Positions 26,768 through 37,050 are shown, counted from the first letter of the stretch. The stretch is DNA of 64,000 nucleotides from Candidatus Segetimicrobium genomatis (GCA_005882275.1 VBAK01000118.1:16881-80880), one strand, 5' to 3'. A program made the numbers and translations. The notes: generated from the sequence alone by a model not told the origin.

Positions 26768-28108
26768 CTACTTGTACTTGGCGTAGATGTTCTTGATCTG
26801 ACCCATGCCCCACTTGATGGCGCTCTCGAGGTCTTCCCCGCGGACATACCGGGTCAGCATGTCCGGGACGACGAAGGTCGACAGCACTTCCGCCGCCGGC
26901 GCCGTCGCCGGGCCCGGCGAGCCGAAGACATACGCGACCTTGTCCCAATCCTGCATCTTCGCCACCTTGGGGTCGGCGCCCACGCCCGGCATCGGCTTCT
27001 TGTACCAGCCCTTCAGGTACGGCATGTTATACCCCTTGCTCTCGACCAGCGAGAACTGCACGTCGCCCCCGTAGTGCTCGAGGAAGGCCCTGGCCGCCCC
27101 CTGGTTCTTGGAGAACTTCCAGATCGCGAGGATGGTCGGGTCGACGACCGCGGCCCGGCCGACCGCGCCTTTCGGTTCGAGCCCATCGGCGCCGACGTTC
27201 ACGCTGGCGTAGAGCGTGGGATTGCTGGTCTCGATCGACCGGAGGGCGGAGATCGCGTCGTGGATCCAGATCGCGACGCCGGAGTCCAGGTACCGGTTAT
27301 CGGAGACGTTGTCCCAGGAGAGCACCTCGGAGGTCATGCCCTCATCGTACAGGGCTTTGCTGAACCGCATCGCTTCCCGGAGTTCCTTGGAGTCCCAGGC
27401 CGGCTCCTTCCCGCTGGGATCGGCCTCCTTCACCCCGAAGGCGTAGAACACCGCCCGCCAGTTGTGGTTCGAGTCGTTGCAATGCGAGATCGCCATCCCG
27501 GAGGCGTGGCCCTTCGGCTTCCCCACCTTCGCGGCCTGCCGGAGATCCTCCCACGTCGACGGCGGCTTGAGGCCGTACTCCCCGAAGAGATCCGTGCGCC
27601 ACAGCAGCGGCTGCGGAATGTAGAACTCGGGCAGCGCGTACCAGCGGCCGTCGACCACGGCCACGTTCTTCGCCATCGGGATCCAGCCGCCGAACTGCTT
27701 CCCCAGGGTTTCACAGATGTCGGAGATGTCGACCATGTTCTTGTAGTAGAGGGTCGTCTGGATCTGGCCGTTCATCTGGAAGACGTCGTGTCCGGCGCCG
27801 GCGGACAGTTCGGCGGCGATGCGGGTGGGAAGTTGATCGATGGGGATGTGGTCGACCCGGGCGTCCACCCCGTTGGCCTTCCCCCAGTTCGCCACGTACT
27901 TGTCGAAGGCGGTGTCGTAGGCCGGGACGAAGTGGCTCCAGGTCAGGATCCGCAGCGCGGTCCCCATGATCTGCGCCGGGGCGATGCCGGCCTCCCACGG
28001 CGCCAGCCGCGACAGGGTCGCGCCGGCCACCCCCGCGCCCGCCGTGGTCAGCAACTGCCGGCGGCTGAGCCTCTTGCGACCCCGCGATCCCGAAACGCGA
28101 TCCATCAT
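26768..28108 (-). CDS. ABC transporter substrate-binding protein (family 1) with Tat-type signal
   Basis: An SRRQLL twin-arginine motif is followed by an extracellular solute-binding-like sequence. It lies upstream of the two permeases. Confidence 0.9.
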   Translation of the reverse strand: MMDRVSGSRGRKRLSRRQLLTTAGAGVAGATLSRLAPWEAGIAPAQIMGTALRILTWSHFVPAYDTAFDKYVANWGKANGVDARVDHIPIDQLPTRIAAELSAGAGHDVFQMNGQIQTTLYYKNMVDISDICETLGKQFGGWIPMAKNVAVVDGRWYALPEFYIPQPLLWRTDLFGEYGLKPPSTWEDLRQAAKVGKPKGHASGMAISHCNDSNHNWRAVFYAFGVKEADPSGKEPAWDSKELREAMRFSKALYDEGMTSEVLSWDNVSDNRYLDSGVAIWIHDAISALRSIETSNPTLYASVNVGADGLEPKGAVGRAAVVDPTILAIWKFSKNQGAARAFLEHYGGDVQFSLVESKGYNMPYLKGWYKKPMPGVGADPKVAKMQDWDKVAYVFGSPGPATAPAAEVLSTFVVPDMLTRYVRGEDLESAIKWGMGQIKNIYAKYK

Positions 28109-28275
28109 CCGTCCCTCCCCCGGCCGCCGGTGGGGCGGCGCGCCTTCTCAGACGAACGATCCCGGCTTTCGCTTATTCGTGTACGTTAGTACGAGGCGAT
28201 GCGTTCTCCCCCCTTCGGGGGGACTCCTTTCCCGCCGCCGGCCCGTCTCCAGTGGCTCCCGGCGGGATTCGAGGC

Positions 28276-30654
28276 CTATTGGCGGAAGGACACCGCCCGG
28301 ACGTCCGGAGTCATGTCGTTGTCGTTGAGAAACACCGCCACGAAGGCCGTATAGGCGCCTGGGCCGAGCCCCTCCCCCAGGTCCAGACGGTACACGCCGG
28401 TCTTCGGATCGGGCGCCGTCCCCATTTTCGCCACGCGCCCGTCGCTCCCCACGACGATGTACCGGCAGCTCGGTGTGACGGTGTCAATGGCCCCCGACGT
28501 CTCGCTTCCCAGGGCCTCCCGGACGATCTTGGAGTACCGGTCGTACTTGATGACCCGCTCCACCTCCGGCCGGAACTCGACCCGGGGGCCCTGCTGCGCG
28601 AGCGTCGGAATGGACGCCCGCCGCGGGAAGACGTCCTTGTCGAACGAGCCGACCCCCAGCGGATAGCTCAGATCCCGAAACGCCTCCAGCACCACTTCCG
28701 TAGACGACCACGTCGCGAGGCGGTAGGGACCGTTGGTCACGAGAAAATGGCCGTGCGCCCGATAAAAGGCCCCGAGCGCCCGCCACCGCCGCCGGGCCTC
28801 GTCGGCGGATGCCCATCCGTTGAGGGCGTCGGGCACGTAGCCACGCGCGGCGAACTCATCCACGAGCCGCCGGAGCCGCTCGGTCTGGCGCGCCGGGCGG
28901 ACGAGATCCAGCGCGTCGAGATGCTGCGACCGGGCCGACGCGGGAGAGAGCGCCCCGATGCCGCGCTTCGCCGCTTCTTCCAGCAGCGCGAGCACGTGCC
29001 ACGGCACCGTGCTCCAGGGCAGCGCCAGATCGGCCGCCCGCTGGGGATCGTCCCCGGAGTCATTCACGTACACGCGGACGACCGGAACGTCGTACCGGAG
29101 GATCAGGTCCCCGCCGAGGTTCTTCACCACCTTCTGCGTGCCGGTCACCGCGATCCCGACCAGCGCCCGGCGCGCGAGCGCCGTGGCCCGGTCCACCGTG
29201 GGATCGTAGGCGCGGGGATCCCGGGGATTCCCGCCGCTCCACCGATAGGCGAGGACAAACGGATACAGCACGTCGGCGACGGTCATCACCGTCCCGTCGT
29301 GAAAGGCAGAGGCCAGCACCCGGTACTCCACCATATCGCCGGCGCGCGCGCCCGGCCCGATCCGCTCCAGGATCCCGGTGCCGGGATGCGGGAGCAGCGC
29401 ATCCTTGGGGACATCGAGCGGCGGGGCGGCCGGGTTCTCCGGCCTGGCCGTCCCGCCCAGGATCGGCCGGACCTGCTCCCCCCACGTCCGCCAGCTGCCC
29501 AGGCGATTGGCCGACCACCCGCCGCTGTAGGGCGCGGGCAGGAGCGCCGGGTCTCCGACCGCGGCCCACAGCAGTCTCCCGAAGACGTCGGTGAACCCGC
29601 TGATCGGGTTCCAGGGAGACGCGGGCGCCCCCGCCACCCCCAGGCGCAGCCAGCCGTTCCACGGGAAGTCCTTCAGTTTGGCGGTCCGGATGAACACCGC
29701 GGAGTTCAAGCCGCTGTGCGAGTCGAACCCCACGTTTTCGATGCCGTTGGAGTAGTCGGTAGTGTAGTATTCCCGCCGCAGCGTGTACCCGACGACCACC
29801 CGCTCGCATCCCTCCCGCAGCCGCGAGACGAGGGTTCGCTCGAGGTTCGCCCGGTCTTCGTCGCCGCGGAACCCGCCCGTCACCAGGCGGTGATACAGGC
29901 GGTCGATCTCGGCGCGGCGGTCAGGGTCGGCGACGCGCTCCGCCATCAGGAGGTAGGCGCCGAACCATCCGTCGTTGAGCCACGGCGGACCCACCCACCC
30001 CGCAAACCGGATCGCGCGGTCGGCGAGCAGCGCGTCGACATCAACGATCTCCACCCGGGCGTCCCACTGCCGCGACCCCTGAGGCGCCCTGGGCCCCTCG
30101 GCGCCGATGAGGCGCGCCGCCTGACCGGTCGCAATCACGATCGCGCTCCGATCCTGCGGCCGCCCCTCCGGGGCCGCCGCGGAAGGGGTGTGGAGCGCAG
30201 AGGCGGCGAGATCGGCATGCTCGAGGTAATCCCGGTGGTACGGCGTCACCGGATACGGAAAACGGACGATCGCGCCGGGCGGCTGCCGGCGGAGCCTCCG
30301 GATCACCTCCGCCGCCGCTGCGCACCGGGCCGACGGGGTGGCCAGCCGTCCCGACGCCGGGTTTGCGGTGACCACGACGTAGGCGCCCAGGGATTCCACC
30401 GGGGCGACGCCGGCGGGGACCCGGCGGCCGGCAAACGGATCCCCGCCGACGTAGGCATGGATCGACGCGTTCGCCAGCAGGCGCCCGGCGGCCGCCGGGG
30501 CGACCGTCTCCAGGCGGATCCCCTGCGGGTAGTACGACGGGTAGAACGGGGACTCGTGGCCCGCCCACGCCGGCGCGGCGAGGGCCGCCGCGAGGGCCGC
30601 GGCGAGCGCCGCGATCCGCCGGCCGGCGCCGGCGCGACCGCGGCGGTCAGACAT
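28276..30654 (-). CDS. large secreted protein (792 aa), partly family-5 solute-binding-protein-like
   Basis: ATG at 30654. Signal peptide RRIAALAAALAAALAAPAWA-GH. The segment HFLVTNGPYRLATWSSTEVVLEAFRDLSYP resembles peptide/nickel-type SBPs. The rest of track ORF 28276..31422 is off-frame overlap with the next gene. Confidence 0.75.
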   Translation of the reverse strand: MSDRRGRAGAGRRIAALAAALAAALAAPAWAGHESPFYPSYYPQGIRLETVAPAAAGRLLANASIHAYVGGDPFAGRRVPAGVAPVESLGAYVVVTANPASGRLATPSARCAAAAEVIRRLRRQPPGAIVRFPYPVTPYHRDYLEHADLAASALHTPSAAAPEGRPQDRSAIVIATGQAARLIGAEGPRAPQGSRQWDARVEIVDVDALLADRAIRFAGWVGPPWLNDGWFGAYLLMAERVADPDRRAEIDRLYHRLVTGGFRGDEDRANLERTLVSRLREGCERVVVGYTLRREYYTTDYSNGIENVGFDSHSGLNSAVFIRTAKLKDFPWNGWLRLGVAGAPASPWNPISGFTDVFGRLLWAAVGDPALLPAPYSGGWSANRLGSWRTWGEQVRPILGGTARPENPAAPPLDVPKDALLPHPGTGILERIGPGARAGDMVEYRVLASAFHDGTVMTVADVLYPFVLAYRWSGGNPRDPRAYDPTVDRATALARRALVGIAVTGTQKVVKNLGGDLILRYDVPVVRVYVNDSGDDPQRAADLALPWSTVPWHVLALLEEAAKRGIGALSPASARSQHLDALDLVRPARQTERLRRLVDEFAARGYVPDALNGWASADEARRRWRALGAFYRAHGHFLVTNGPYRLATWSSTEVVLEAFRDLSYPLGVGSFDKDVFPRRASIPTLAQQGPRVEFRPEVERVIKYDRYSKIVREALGSETSGAIDTVTPSCRYIVVGSDGRVAKMGTAPDPKTGVYRLDLGEGLGPGAYTAFVAVFLNDNDMTPDVRAVSFRQ

Positions 30655-30737
30655 CTCGACGCTCAGGGCACGACCCGCGGAGACGAACAGGGCGGGCCCG
30701 CGTCTCCGCGGCGCCCGCCCCTCGGACGTTCGACCCG

Positions 30738-32108
30738 TCAGCCGGTGACCTTCGGCCAGGTCTTGTCGATCCAATCGTAGGTCCGGGTGGGGACGGTCCC
30801 CTTCCATCCGGGCGGCGCGGTGATGCTCCGGATCGGGATCACGATCACCCGGTTCGTGTCCATGGTCTGGAACTGATAGGCCGGGTAGTTCTTGGTGAAC
30901 CCGGTCATCGCGTCCTTGTAGCCCTGGTGGTTGTCCGGCCGGAAGTAGATGTAGCCGCCGGGGCCGACGTAGCTCAGGCTCTCGAGCTGGCCGATGATCG
31001 CTTCGTCGTCGGGCCATCCGCCGGTGAGCCTGTTCGCCCGCTCGATCGCGCTCTTGAGCATGTGCAGGCCCGTGTACGCGCCCTCGGCCTGGAAGTTGGG
31101 GTACTCTTTCCACCGCGCGTAGTACCTGCCGACAAAATCCGTGTTGGCCGGCCAGCGGCCCTGCGGCGGGTACGTGAAATAGTAGTTGGCGTGGCAGCCC
31201 CCGATGACGCCCTGGGGGTGGTCCTTGCCGATGGCGTGCGGCGCCACGCCGAGGGCCAGGGTGGTGGCAAACTTCATCTTCTTGAACAACCCGTACCCGA
31301 GGGCCTGCTTGTAGAACGCGACGTAGTCGCCGCCCCACACCGACGAGACGAGGATGTCCGGCTTCGCCGAGATGGCCTTGGCGATGTGGGCCGAGAAGTC
31401 CGTGGTGCCGAGCTTGGGCCATCCCTCCATCACGATCTGCGATCCCGGCAGCATCTTCTCGCTCACGATCCGGATGTGGTCGAACGCGTTGCGGCCGTAG
31501 GAGTAGTCGGGATGGATGTGCGCGATCTTGCGCACCTCGGGGTGCGTCTGGGCGATGGCGAGGCCGCAGGTGACCCCGTCGGCCGACTGGATGTTCGTGA
31601 TCCGGAAAATATACTTCGGATCGGGCACGGCCTTGTCGAACAGAAAGTCCGTGCAGCCGTCGACGAAGATCGTCAGCACCTTGAGCTCTTCGGCGACCGG
31701 GCCCAGGGCCGGCGTGTTGCCGCTGGAGGTGATCCCCGTGAAGAAGTCGATCTTCTCCGAGAGCTTGAGCCGCTTCAGCTCCTTGACGTTGGCGTCGGTC
31801 CCGGCGTTCTCATCGGCCTTGATGATCTCGATCTTGCGCTTGCCCAGCAGCCCGCCCCCGTCGTTGATCTCCTCCTGGGCGAGCACGGTCCCCTTGTACA
31901 TGGGCTCGCCCAGCACCGCCGCGGGCCCGGAGAAGAACGTCATCTGCCCCACCTTGAACGGCGTATCGGGAATCTTCCCGGCGGCCGGCTGCGCGTCTGC
32001 GGGCTGCGGCGTGGCAAGATGTCCGGCGGCGCCCGCGACCGCCGCCGAGCCTACCGTCACCCCGAGCTGCTGCAAGAAATCCCGGCGAGTGACTCCCTGG
32101 TCAGCCAT
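30738..32108 (-). CDS. ABC substrate-binding protein, Leu/Ile/Val-binding (type 1 PBP) family, Tat signal
   Basis: TRRDFLQ motif. GEPMYKGTVLAQEEINDGGGLLGKRKIEIIKADE is typical of LivJ-like proteins. GGGAGG SD before the ATG at 32108. Confidence 0.9.
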   Translation of the reverse strand: MADQGVTRRDFLQQLGVTVGSAAVAGAAGHLATPQPADAQPAAGKIPDTPFKVGQMTFFSGPAAVLGEPMYKGTVLAQEEINDGGGLLGKRKIEIIKADENAGTDANVKELKRLKLSEKIDFFTGITSSGNTPALGPVAEELKVLTIFVDGCTDFLFDKAVPDPKYIFRITNIQSADGVTCGLAIAQTHPEVRKIAHIHPDYSYGRNAFDHIRIVSEKMLPGSQIVMEGWPKLGTTDFSAHIAKAISAKPDILVSSVWGGDYVAFYKQALGYGLFKKMKFATTLALGVAPHAIGKDHPQGVIGGCHANYYFTYPPQGRWPANTDFVGRYYARWKEYPNFQAEGAYTGLHMLKSAIERANRLTGGWPDDEAIIGQLESLSYVGPGGYIYFRPDNHQGYKDAMTGFTKNYPAYQFQTMDTNRVIVIPIRSITAPPGWKGTVPTRTYDWIDKTWPKVTG

Positions 32109-32150
32109 GGCTCTCTGCCTCCCTCTTTCGGCTCGCACCCTCGCTCATGC

Positions 32151-32867
32151 CTAAGTTAGCCTTTCGCCGCGCCGTTCCTGCTGTTGTGTCACAACCGATC
32201 GAGGCCCCTCCCTGAGGGCGATCAGGCACGCCAGGGCGACCACCGCGACGGTCACGCCGGCGAGCACCGCCTGGGTCGCCAGACGGGACACGGCGGTGAG
32301 CGCGGCGAGGGTCCCGCTCGTCAGGCCCTGCAGCGCCAGCCCCATCACGGGAAGCACCGGCAGGCCGCACCCCGCCACGCTGCACGGCGAGGTCGCCAGG
32401 CCGAGCGTGCTCAGGACCGCGCCCGCCGCTCCGCCGCGCCCGCCGCCCCGCCACGGCCGGGATGCCAGTCGGGCGCGCGCGTACGCCCACAGCGCGAAGT
32501 AGGCGCCGAACACCCCGCCCATATACAGCCACCGCACGAGGTCCTGCAGCCCCACGGAAAACCCCCATTCGGCCGCGTCGTACGGGCTGCTGGCGATAAA
32601 CCAGAAGAGGGAGACATCGGAGACGAACTCCACCTTGCGCGCCAGCGTCTGCGTGGGGGAGAGCAGCCATCCGGGCAGGTTCCGGAGCCAGGGGTTGAAG
32701 GAGAAATGATCCCACGGCTTCCGGAAGACCGAAAGCACGAGCAGCGGCAGGGAAAGATCGAGCACGATCACCGCGAGCGCGACGCCCAGGAAGAGGCCCG
32801 GCCGGGCGCGGATGGCGCGCCGGATCACCCCGGGCGCTCCCAGAAGACCGCGTGCCAGGCTGCTCAT
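32151..32867 (-). CDS. hypothetical polytopic membrane protein
   Basis: Several hydrophobic segments. It sits 3 nt downstream of the LivF-like gene and 42 nt upstream of the SBP gene. No domain recognised. Confidence 0.65.
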   Translation of the reverse strand: MSSLARGLLGAPGVIRRAIRARPGLFLGVALAVIVLDLSLPLLVLSVFRKPWDHFSFNPWLRNLPGWLLSPTQTLARKVEFVSDVSLFWFIASSPYDAAEWGFSVGLQDLVRWLYMGGVFGAYFALWAYARARLASRPWRGGGRGGAAGAVLSTLGLATSPCSVAGCGLPVLPVMGLALQGLTSGTLAALTAVSRLATQAVLAGVTVAVVALACLIALREGPRSVVTQQQERRGERLT

Positions 32868-32870
32868 GCG

Positions 32871-33647
32871 CTATCCACGGATCGTTCGCATGACGCCTTC
32901 GTGCCTGAACACCTCGGCCGGCGTGCCGTCGAAAATGATCTCTCCCCGGTCGATCACATAGAGACGGTCGGCCACCTTGGCGGCGCTCATCACGTTGGAT
33001 TCGGCAATCAGCATCGAAATCCCCATCGCCTGGATCTTCCGGACGGCATCGGCAAACCGGTTGACGACGGCGGGCGCGAGCCCCTCGAAGGCTTCATCGA
33101 GCAGCAGGACCGCGGGCCGGAGCGCCATCGAGCGGGCGATCGCCACCATCTTCTTCTCGCCGCCGCTGAGGTGCAGGCCTTTCCGCCCGAGCAGCCGGCG
33201 CAGCTCCGGGAACAGGTCGTAGATCGCGCCGGCGGGATCGGCGACCGCCGATCCGCCGCCGGCCGCGCGCGGCCCCGGGGCGAGCCACTGACCGATCCGC
33301 AGGTGTTCGGCGACCGTGAGATCGGGGAAGATCCCGCAGTCGTCGGGGGCGTACCCGATGCCCATGCGCGCGCGGAGGTACGGCCCGAGCGCGGTGATCT
33401 CGCGTCCGCGGTAGACGACGGCGCCGGACCGCACCGGCAGCAGGCCCATGATGCTGTCCATCGTCGTGGTCTTGCCCGCGCCGTTGCGGCCGACCAGGCA
33501 CACCGTCTCGCCGTTCCGCACGGACACCGACACCTTTCGCAGCACGTGCGCGGGGCCGCGGAAGGTGTTCACGTCGCGCAGGGCCAGCACCGTTCCCGGC
33601 CCGGCCGCCTCGGCGGGCGGCGGCGGGGCGGACCCGATCGCGTTCAT
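32871..33647 (-). CDS. ABC transporter ATP-binding protein (LivF-like)
   Basis: Walker A GRNGAGKTT, signature LSGGEKKM, and Walker B LLLDE. Confidence 0.93.
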   Translation of the reverse strand: MNAIGSAPPPPAEAAGPGTVLALRDVNTFRGPAHVLRKVSVSVRNGETVCLVGRNGAGKTTTMDSIMGLLPVRSGAVVYRGREITALGPYLRARMGIGYAPDDCGIFPDLTVAEHLRIGQWLAPGPRAAGGGSAVADPAGAIYDLFPELRRLLGRKGLHLSGGEKKMVAIARSMALRPAVLLLDEAFEGLAPAVVNRFADAVRKIQAMGISMLIAESNVMSAAKVADRLYVIDRGEIIFDGTPAEVFRHEGVMRTIRG

Positions 33648-34405
33648 TCGCCCCGCTCCCCCTCGCGCCGGCCCAGCATGGCCGCGACCCGCTCATCGCG
33701 GACGATCTCCTGCGGCGTCCCCTCGGCAAGGACGCGGCCTTCGTGCATCATCACGATCCGGTCCGAGTACTTGAAGACGATATCCATGTCGTGTTCCACG
33801 ATCACGGCGCTCAGCCCGCCCGATCGCACCACGGCCTCGACCCGGTCCATGATGAAGCTCTTTTCCCGCGTGCCGACGCCGCTCGTCGGCTCGTCGAGCA
33901 GAATCAGCTTGGGCCGCAGCGCGTAGGCCACCGCCACGTCGAGCAGCTTGCGCTCCCCCTGGGCCAGCCCGCTCGCCGCGACGCTCCATTTATCCGCGAG
34001 CCCGAACTCTCCGATGACCTCCCGCGCTTCCGCTTCGGCGGCGCGATCGCGCTCGGCGAGGCGCATCACCTGGTGGATCTTGTTGTCGCGGGAGAAGATC
34101 GCGAGCCGGACGTTGTCGAGCACCGACAGGGCGTCGAACAGGTTCACGAGCTGAAAGCTCCGCGCGATCCCGGCCTTGATCCGGCCGTAGACCGGCAGCC
34201 GGGTCACGTCCTGCCCATCGAAGACGATCCGCCCCTCGTCCGGCTGCAGGAACCCGGTGATCAGATTCACGAGCGTGGTCTTGCCCGCGCCGTTCGACCC
34301 CACGAGCGAGATCAGGCGCTGCGCCTCGATCGAAAAGTCGACGCCGTCGACCGCGCGGTGGTCGCCAAACGACTTCCGGAGCCCCTCCACGGCCAGCAGC
34401 GGCAC
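33644..34405 (-). CDS. ABC transporter ATP-binding protein (LivG-like)
   Basis: Walker A GSNGAGKTT, the IARSFQ motif, signature LAQGERKLL, and Walker B ILLDEP. Confidence 0.93.
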   Translation of the reverse strand: MPLLAVEGLRKSFGDHRAVDGVDFSIEAQRLISLVGSNGAGKTTLVNLITGFLQPDEGRIVFDGQDVTRLPVYGRIKAGIARSFQLVNLFDALSVLDNVRLAIFSRDNKIHQVMRLAERDRAAEAEAREVIGEFGLADKWSVAASGLAQGERKLLDVAVAYALRPKLILLDEPTSGVGTREKSFIMDRVEAVVRSGGLSAVIVEHDMDIVFKYSDRIVMMHEGRVLAEGTPQEIVRDERVAAMLGRREGERGE

Positions 34406-34406
34406 C

Positions 34407-35417
34407 TCAGCCCTCCCTCCGCGTCCGGCGGTGGAGGCGCGTCCAGGCGCCCATGATCCCGTCGGGCAGGACGAGCACCAGCACGACGAACACCACCCCC
34501 AGCAGCAGCTGCCAGTACTCGGTCCGGCCGACCGCGTACGACTTCAGGTAATTGAAGGCGACCGCGCCGATGATGGGGCCGGAGAAACTGTGGAAGCCGC
34601 CCATCACGGTCATGAACACGAGCTCGCCCGAGAACGGCCAGTACAGCACGTCCGGCGTGGCGAGCCCGTTGAGCGGCGCCCACAGCACCCCGGCGATCCC
34701 GGTGAACATCCCCGAGAGGACGAACGCGAACCACCGGGCCCGGCGGACGCGGATGCCGATCGACTCCGCCCGCACCTCGTTGTCCCGAATGGCCTGCAGG
34801 GACTTGCCGAAGGGGGACTGCACGATCCGCCACATCAACACGGCGCAGACGGTAAAGACGGCCAGGACATAGTAGTAGTAGCGGTGCGCCAGAAAGACGA
34901 CCTTGTCATCTGGCGCGCCGAACACGCCGCCCAGCAGCACGGGCGTGGGGACGCGGATCCCGTCGGTCCCGCCGGTGACCCAGAACAACTTCAACGCCAG
35001 GCTCCAGCCGACCTGAGACAGCGCCAGGGTCAGGATCGAAAAGAAGATCTTGGTGTAGCGGACGCAGATGAAGCCGAAGACCGCGGCGATCACCAGGCCG
35101 GACAGCAGCCCGCCGGCCAGGAACGCTTCCATGGACACGACGTGCAGGTACTTGACGACGAACGCGGCACCGTAGGCCGCGGCTCCGAAATAGACGGAGT
35201 GGCCGAACGAGAGCAGGCCGGTATACCCCAGCAGCAGATTCACCGCCAGGGCGGCGATCGCCATGACGAGGCCGTAGGACAGCAAGATCGTCTGGTAAGA
35301 CGATGCGATGTAGGGGAAGCCGACGAGCAGCGCGGCGACCAGCGCAACGTACGCGTACGCGGCCGCCGGCGCCGTTCCGGACGCGGTCCCGCGGGCGGCG
35401 GCGGCCGGGGTGTTCAT
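34407..35417 (-). CDS. branched-chain-type ABC permease (LivM-like)
   Basis: LLGYTGLLSFGHSVYFGAAAY and RDNEVRAESIGI motifs. The ATG at 35417 overlaps the upstream stop (ATGA). Confidence 0.9.
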   Translation of the reverse strand: MNTPAAAARGTASGTAPAAAYAYVALVAALLVGFPYIASSYQTILLSYGLVMAIAALAVNLLLGYTGLLSFGHSVYFGAAAYGAAFVVKYLHVVSMEAFLAGGLLSGLVIAAVFGFICVRYTKIFFSILTLALSQVGWSLALKLFWVTGGTDGIRVPTPVLLGGVFGAPDDKVVFLAHRYYYYVLAVFTVCAVLMWRIVQSPFGKSLQAIRDNEVRAESIGIRVRRARWFAFVLSGMFTGIAGVLWAPLNGLATPDVLYWPFSGELVFMTVMGGFHSFSGPIIGAVAFNYLKSYAVGRTEYWQLLLGVVFVVLVLVLPDGIMGAWTRLHRRTRREG

Positions 35418-36289
35418 GACCGGCTGAACAGCCCCGCCGGCCGGGTCACCAGGACGAGGGCCGCGATGAGGTACAGCACCGCGAGCTCGAGCTCGGGGAA
35501 GAACGTGATCGCCAGCGTGCGGACGACGGCGACGATGAACGCGCCGGCGAGCGCTCCCTCGAGGCTGCCCAGGCCCCCGATGACGACGACCACAAACGCG
35601 AGCACCAGCGCGTCGACGCCCATGCCGAGCACCGCGCCCTGGATGGGCACGATCACCGCGCCGGCCAACCCGGCCATCAGACACCCGATGGCGAAGGCCA
35701 GCACATACACGCTCTGCACGTTGATGCCGAGGGCCTGAGCCATCCGCCGGTTCTGCGAGGTGGCCCGGAGCATCACGCCAAACCTGGTGCGGTAGACAAA
35801 CGCCCAGAGCAGCGCGGCCGTCATCAGGCCGATCGCGATGACGAGGAGGTTATAGGTGGGATAGTCCGATCCGAGGATCGTCAAGGTGCCAAACGCGCTC
35901 CAGAGCGTGCTCGCCGAGAGCGGCGTCGGGCCCCAGACGAGCTTCGTCACGTCTTCGAGGATCAGCAGCAGGCCGAACGTCATGAGCAGCTGATACTCTT
36001 CGGCGCGGGCGTAGAGGGGACGCAGCAGCGCCGGCTCGATGGCGGCCCCGACCAGCGCCACCACGAGCGCGGCCACGGGCAGGAGAGCGATCAGCGCCGC
36101 CGCAGGCACGGCCGGCGCGGCCAGGCCCGCCATGCCGACCATGGCGAACGCGCCCAGCATGTAGAGGTTCCCGTGGGCCAGATTCACGATGCGCATGACG
36201 CCGTAGACGAGGCTGAGGCCGCCGGCGATCAAGAAGAGGAAGGCCGTATTCAGGAGGGCATTGAGAGACTGGACGATCAGCGTGGACAT
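35414..36289 (-). CDS. branched-chain-type ABC permease (LivH-like)
   Basis: GLSLVYGVMRIVNLAHG and LRATSQNRRMAQALGINV motifs. Confidence 0.92.
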   Translation of the reverse strand: MSTLIVQSLNALLNTAFLFLIAGGLSLVYGVMRIVNLAHGNLYMLGAFAMVGMAGLAAPAVPAAALIALLPVAALVVALVGAAIEPALLRPLYARAEEYQLLMTFGLLLILEDVTKLVWGPTPLSASTLWSAFGTLTILGSDYPTYNLLVIAIGLMTAALLWAFVYRTRFGVMLRATSQNRRMAQALGINVQSVYVLAFAIGCLMAGLAGAVIVPIQGAVLGMGVDALVLAFVVVVIGGLGSLEGALAGAFIVAVVRTLAITFFPELELAVLYLIAALVLVTRPAGLFSRS

Positions 36290-36340
36290 GGCCGCCCCGC
36301 AGGATTCCGCAGAATGCCACGTCTTCCTGCACGCACCGCG

Positions 36341-37030
36341 TCAGGCCAGCGGGTTGTCGACCACGGCGACATCGTACTCGTGCACGATGGAGCGCCCGAG
36401 GCGGGGGTCCTCCAGGCCCACCCGGAACCCGTCTCCGTAGCGCAGGGCGCCGCCGCGGGTCGGGATGGTCCCGGAGAACAGGACGACGGCGCCGGAGGAG
36501 GGCAGCCGGCCCCTGAGGCGGCCGAGCCAGTAGTCCGGGGCCAGCAGCGCGCCGACCGGCGCTTCCTGGTAGAGGTGCCAGGCTCCCTGCTCCCGGACCC
36601 ATGCGCGCAGGACGAGGTCGTCGACATGATCGCGGACCTCCGCGTAGTCCCATGCCCCGCGCGCCATGACGTTGGGGCAGATCCGCTTCGACAGCTCAAT
36701 CGAGGCGGCCTCGACCTGACGGTCGGTGTGATCGCTCCCCACGGTCACGGCGACGCGCTCCGGGGTGGCGACGAGGACGTACTCCACTTCCCCGGAGCTC
36801 TGCGGGGAGTAGATCTCGACCCGATCCCCCTGCGTCAGCATCGCGCGCGCCACGGGGAAGACGATCGGCACCTCGGTGGGCGCGGGGACCCCGAGGACCC
36901 GCATCTCCTCGACGTGCGCCCGCACGGCGCCCATGTCCCGCCCCGTCCATCCGCCGTTGAGGATCGCCCGCACCGCGGGCGTCCAGCGCCACGCCCCTCC
37001 GGCCGCGGCCATCTCCAGCTCGACCTCCAT
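36341..37030 (-). CDS. DUF2848 domain protein
   Basis: GWTGRD...VLGVPAP...SSGEVEYVL...VGSDHTDRQVE...SKRICP pattern. Only the C-terminal 229 aa of track ORF 36341..38170 is credible. Confidence 0.7.
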   Translation of the reverse strand: MEVELEMAAAGGAWRWTPAVRAILNGGWTGRDMGAVRAHVEEMRVLGVPAPTEVPIVFPVARAMLTQGDRVEIYSPQSSGEVEYVLVATPERVAVTVGSDHTDRQVEAASIELSKRICPNVMARGAWDYAEVRDHVDDLVLRAWVREQGAWHLYQEAPVGALLAPDYWLGRLRGRLPSSGAVVLFSGTIPTRGGALRYGDGFRVGLEDPRLGRSIVHEYDVAVVDNPLA

Positions 37031-37050
37031 CGCCCACCCCCTGCGGAAGT

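Noticed and set aside
28252-30780. 842-aa plus-strand ORF
   Set aside because: It is antisense to the 792-aa secreted protein gene and has low-complexity composition.
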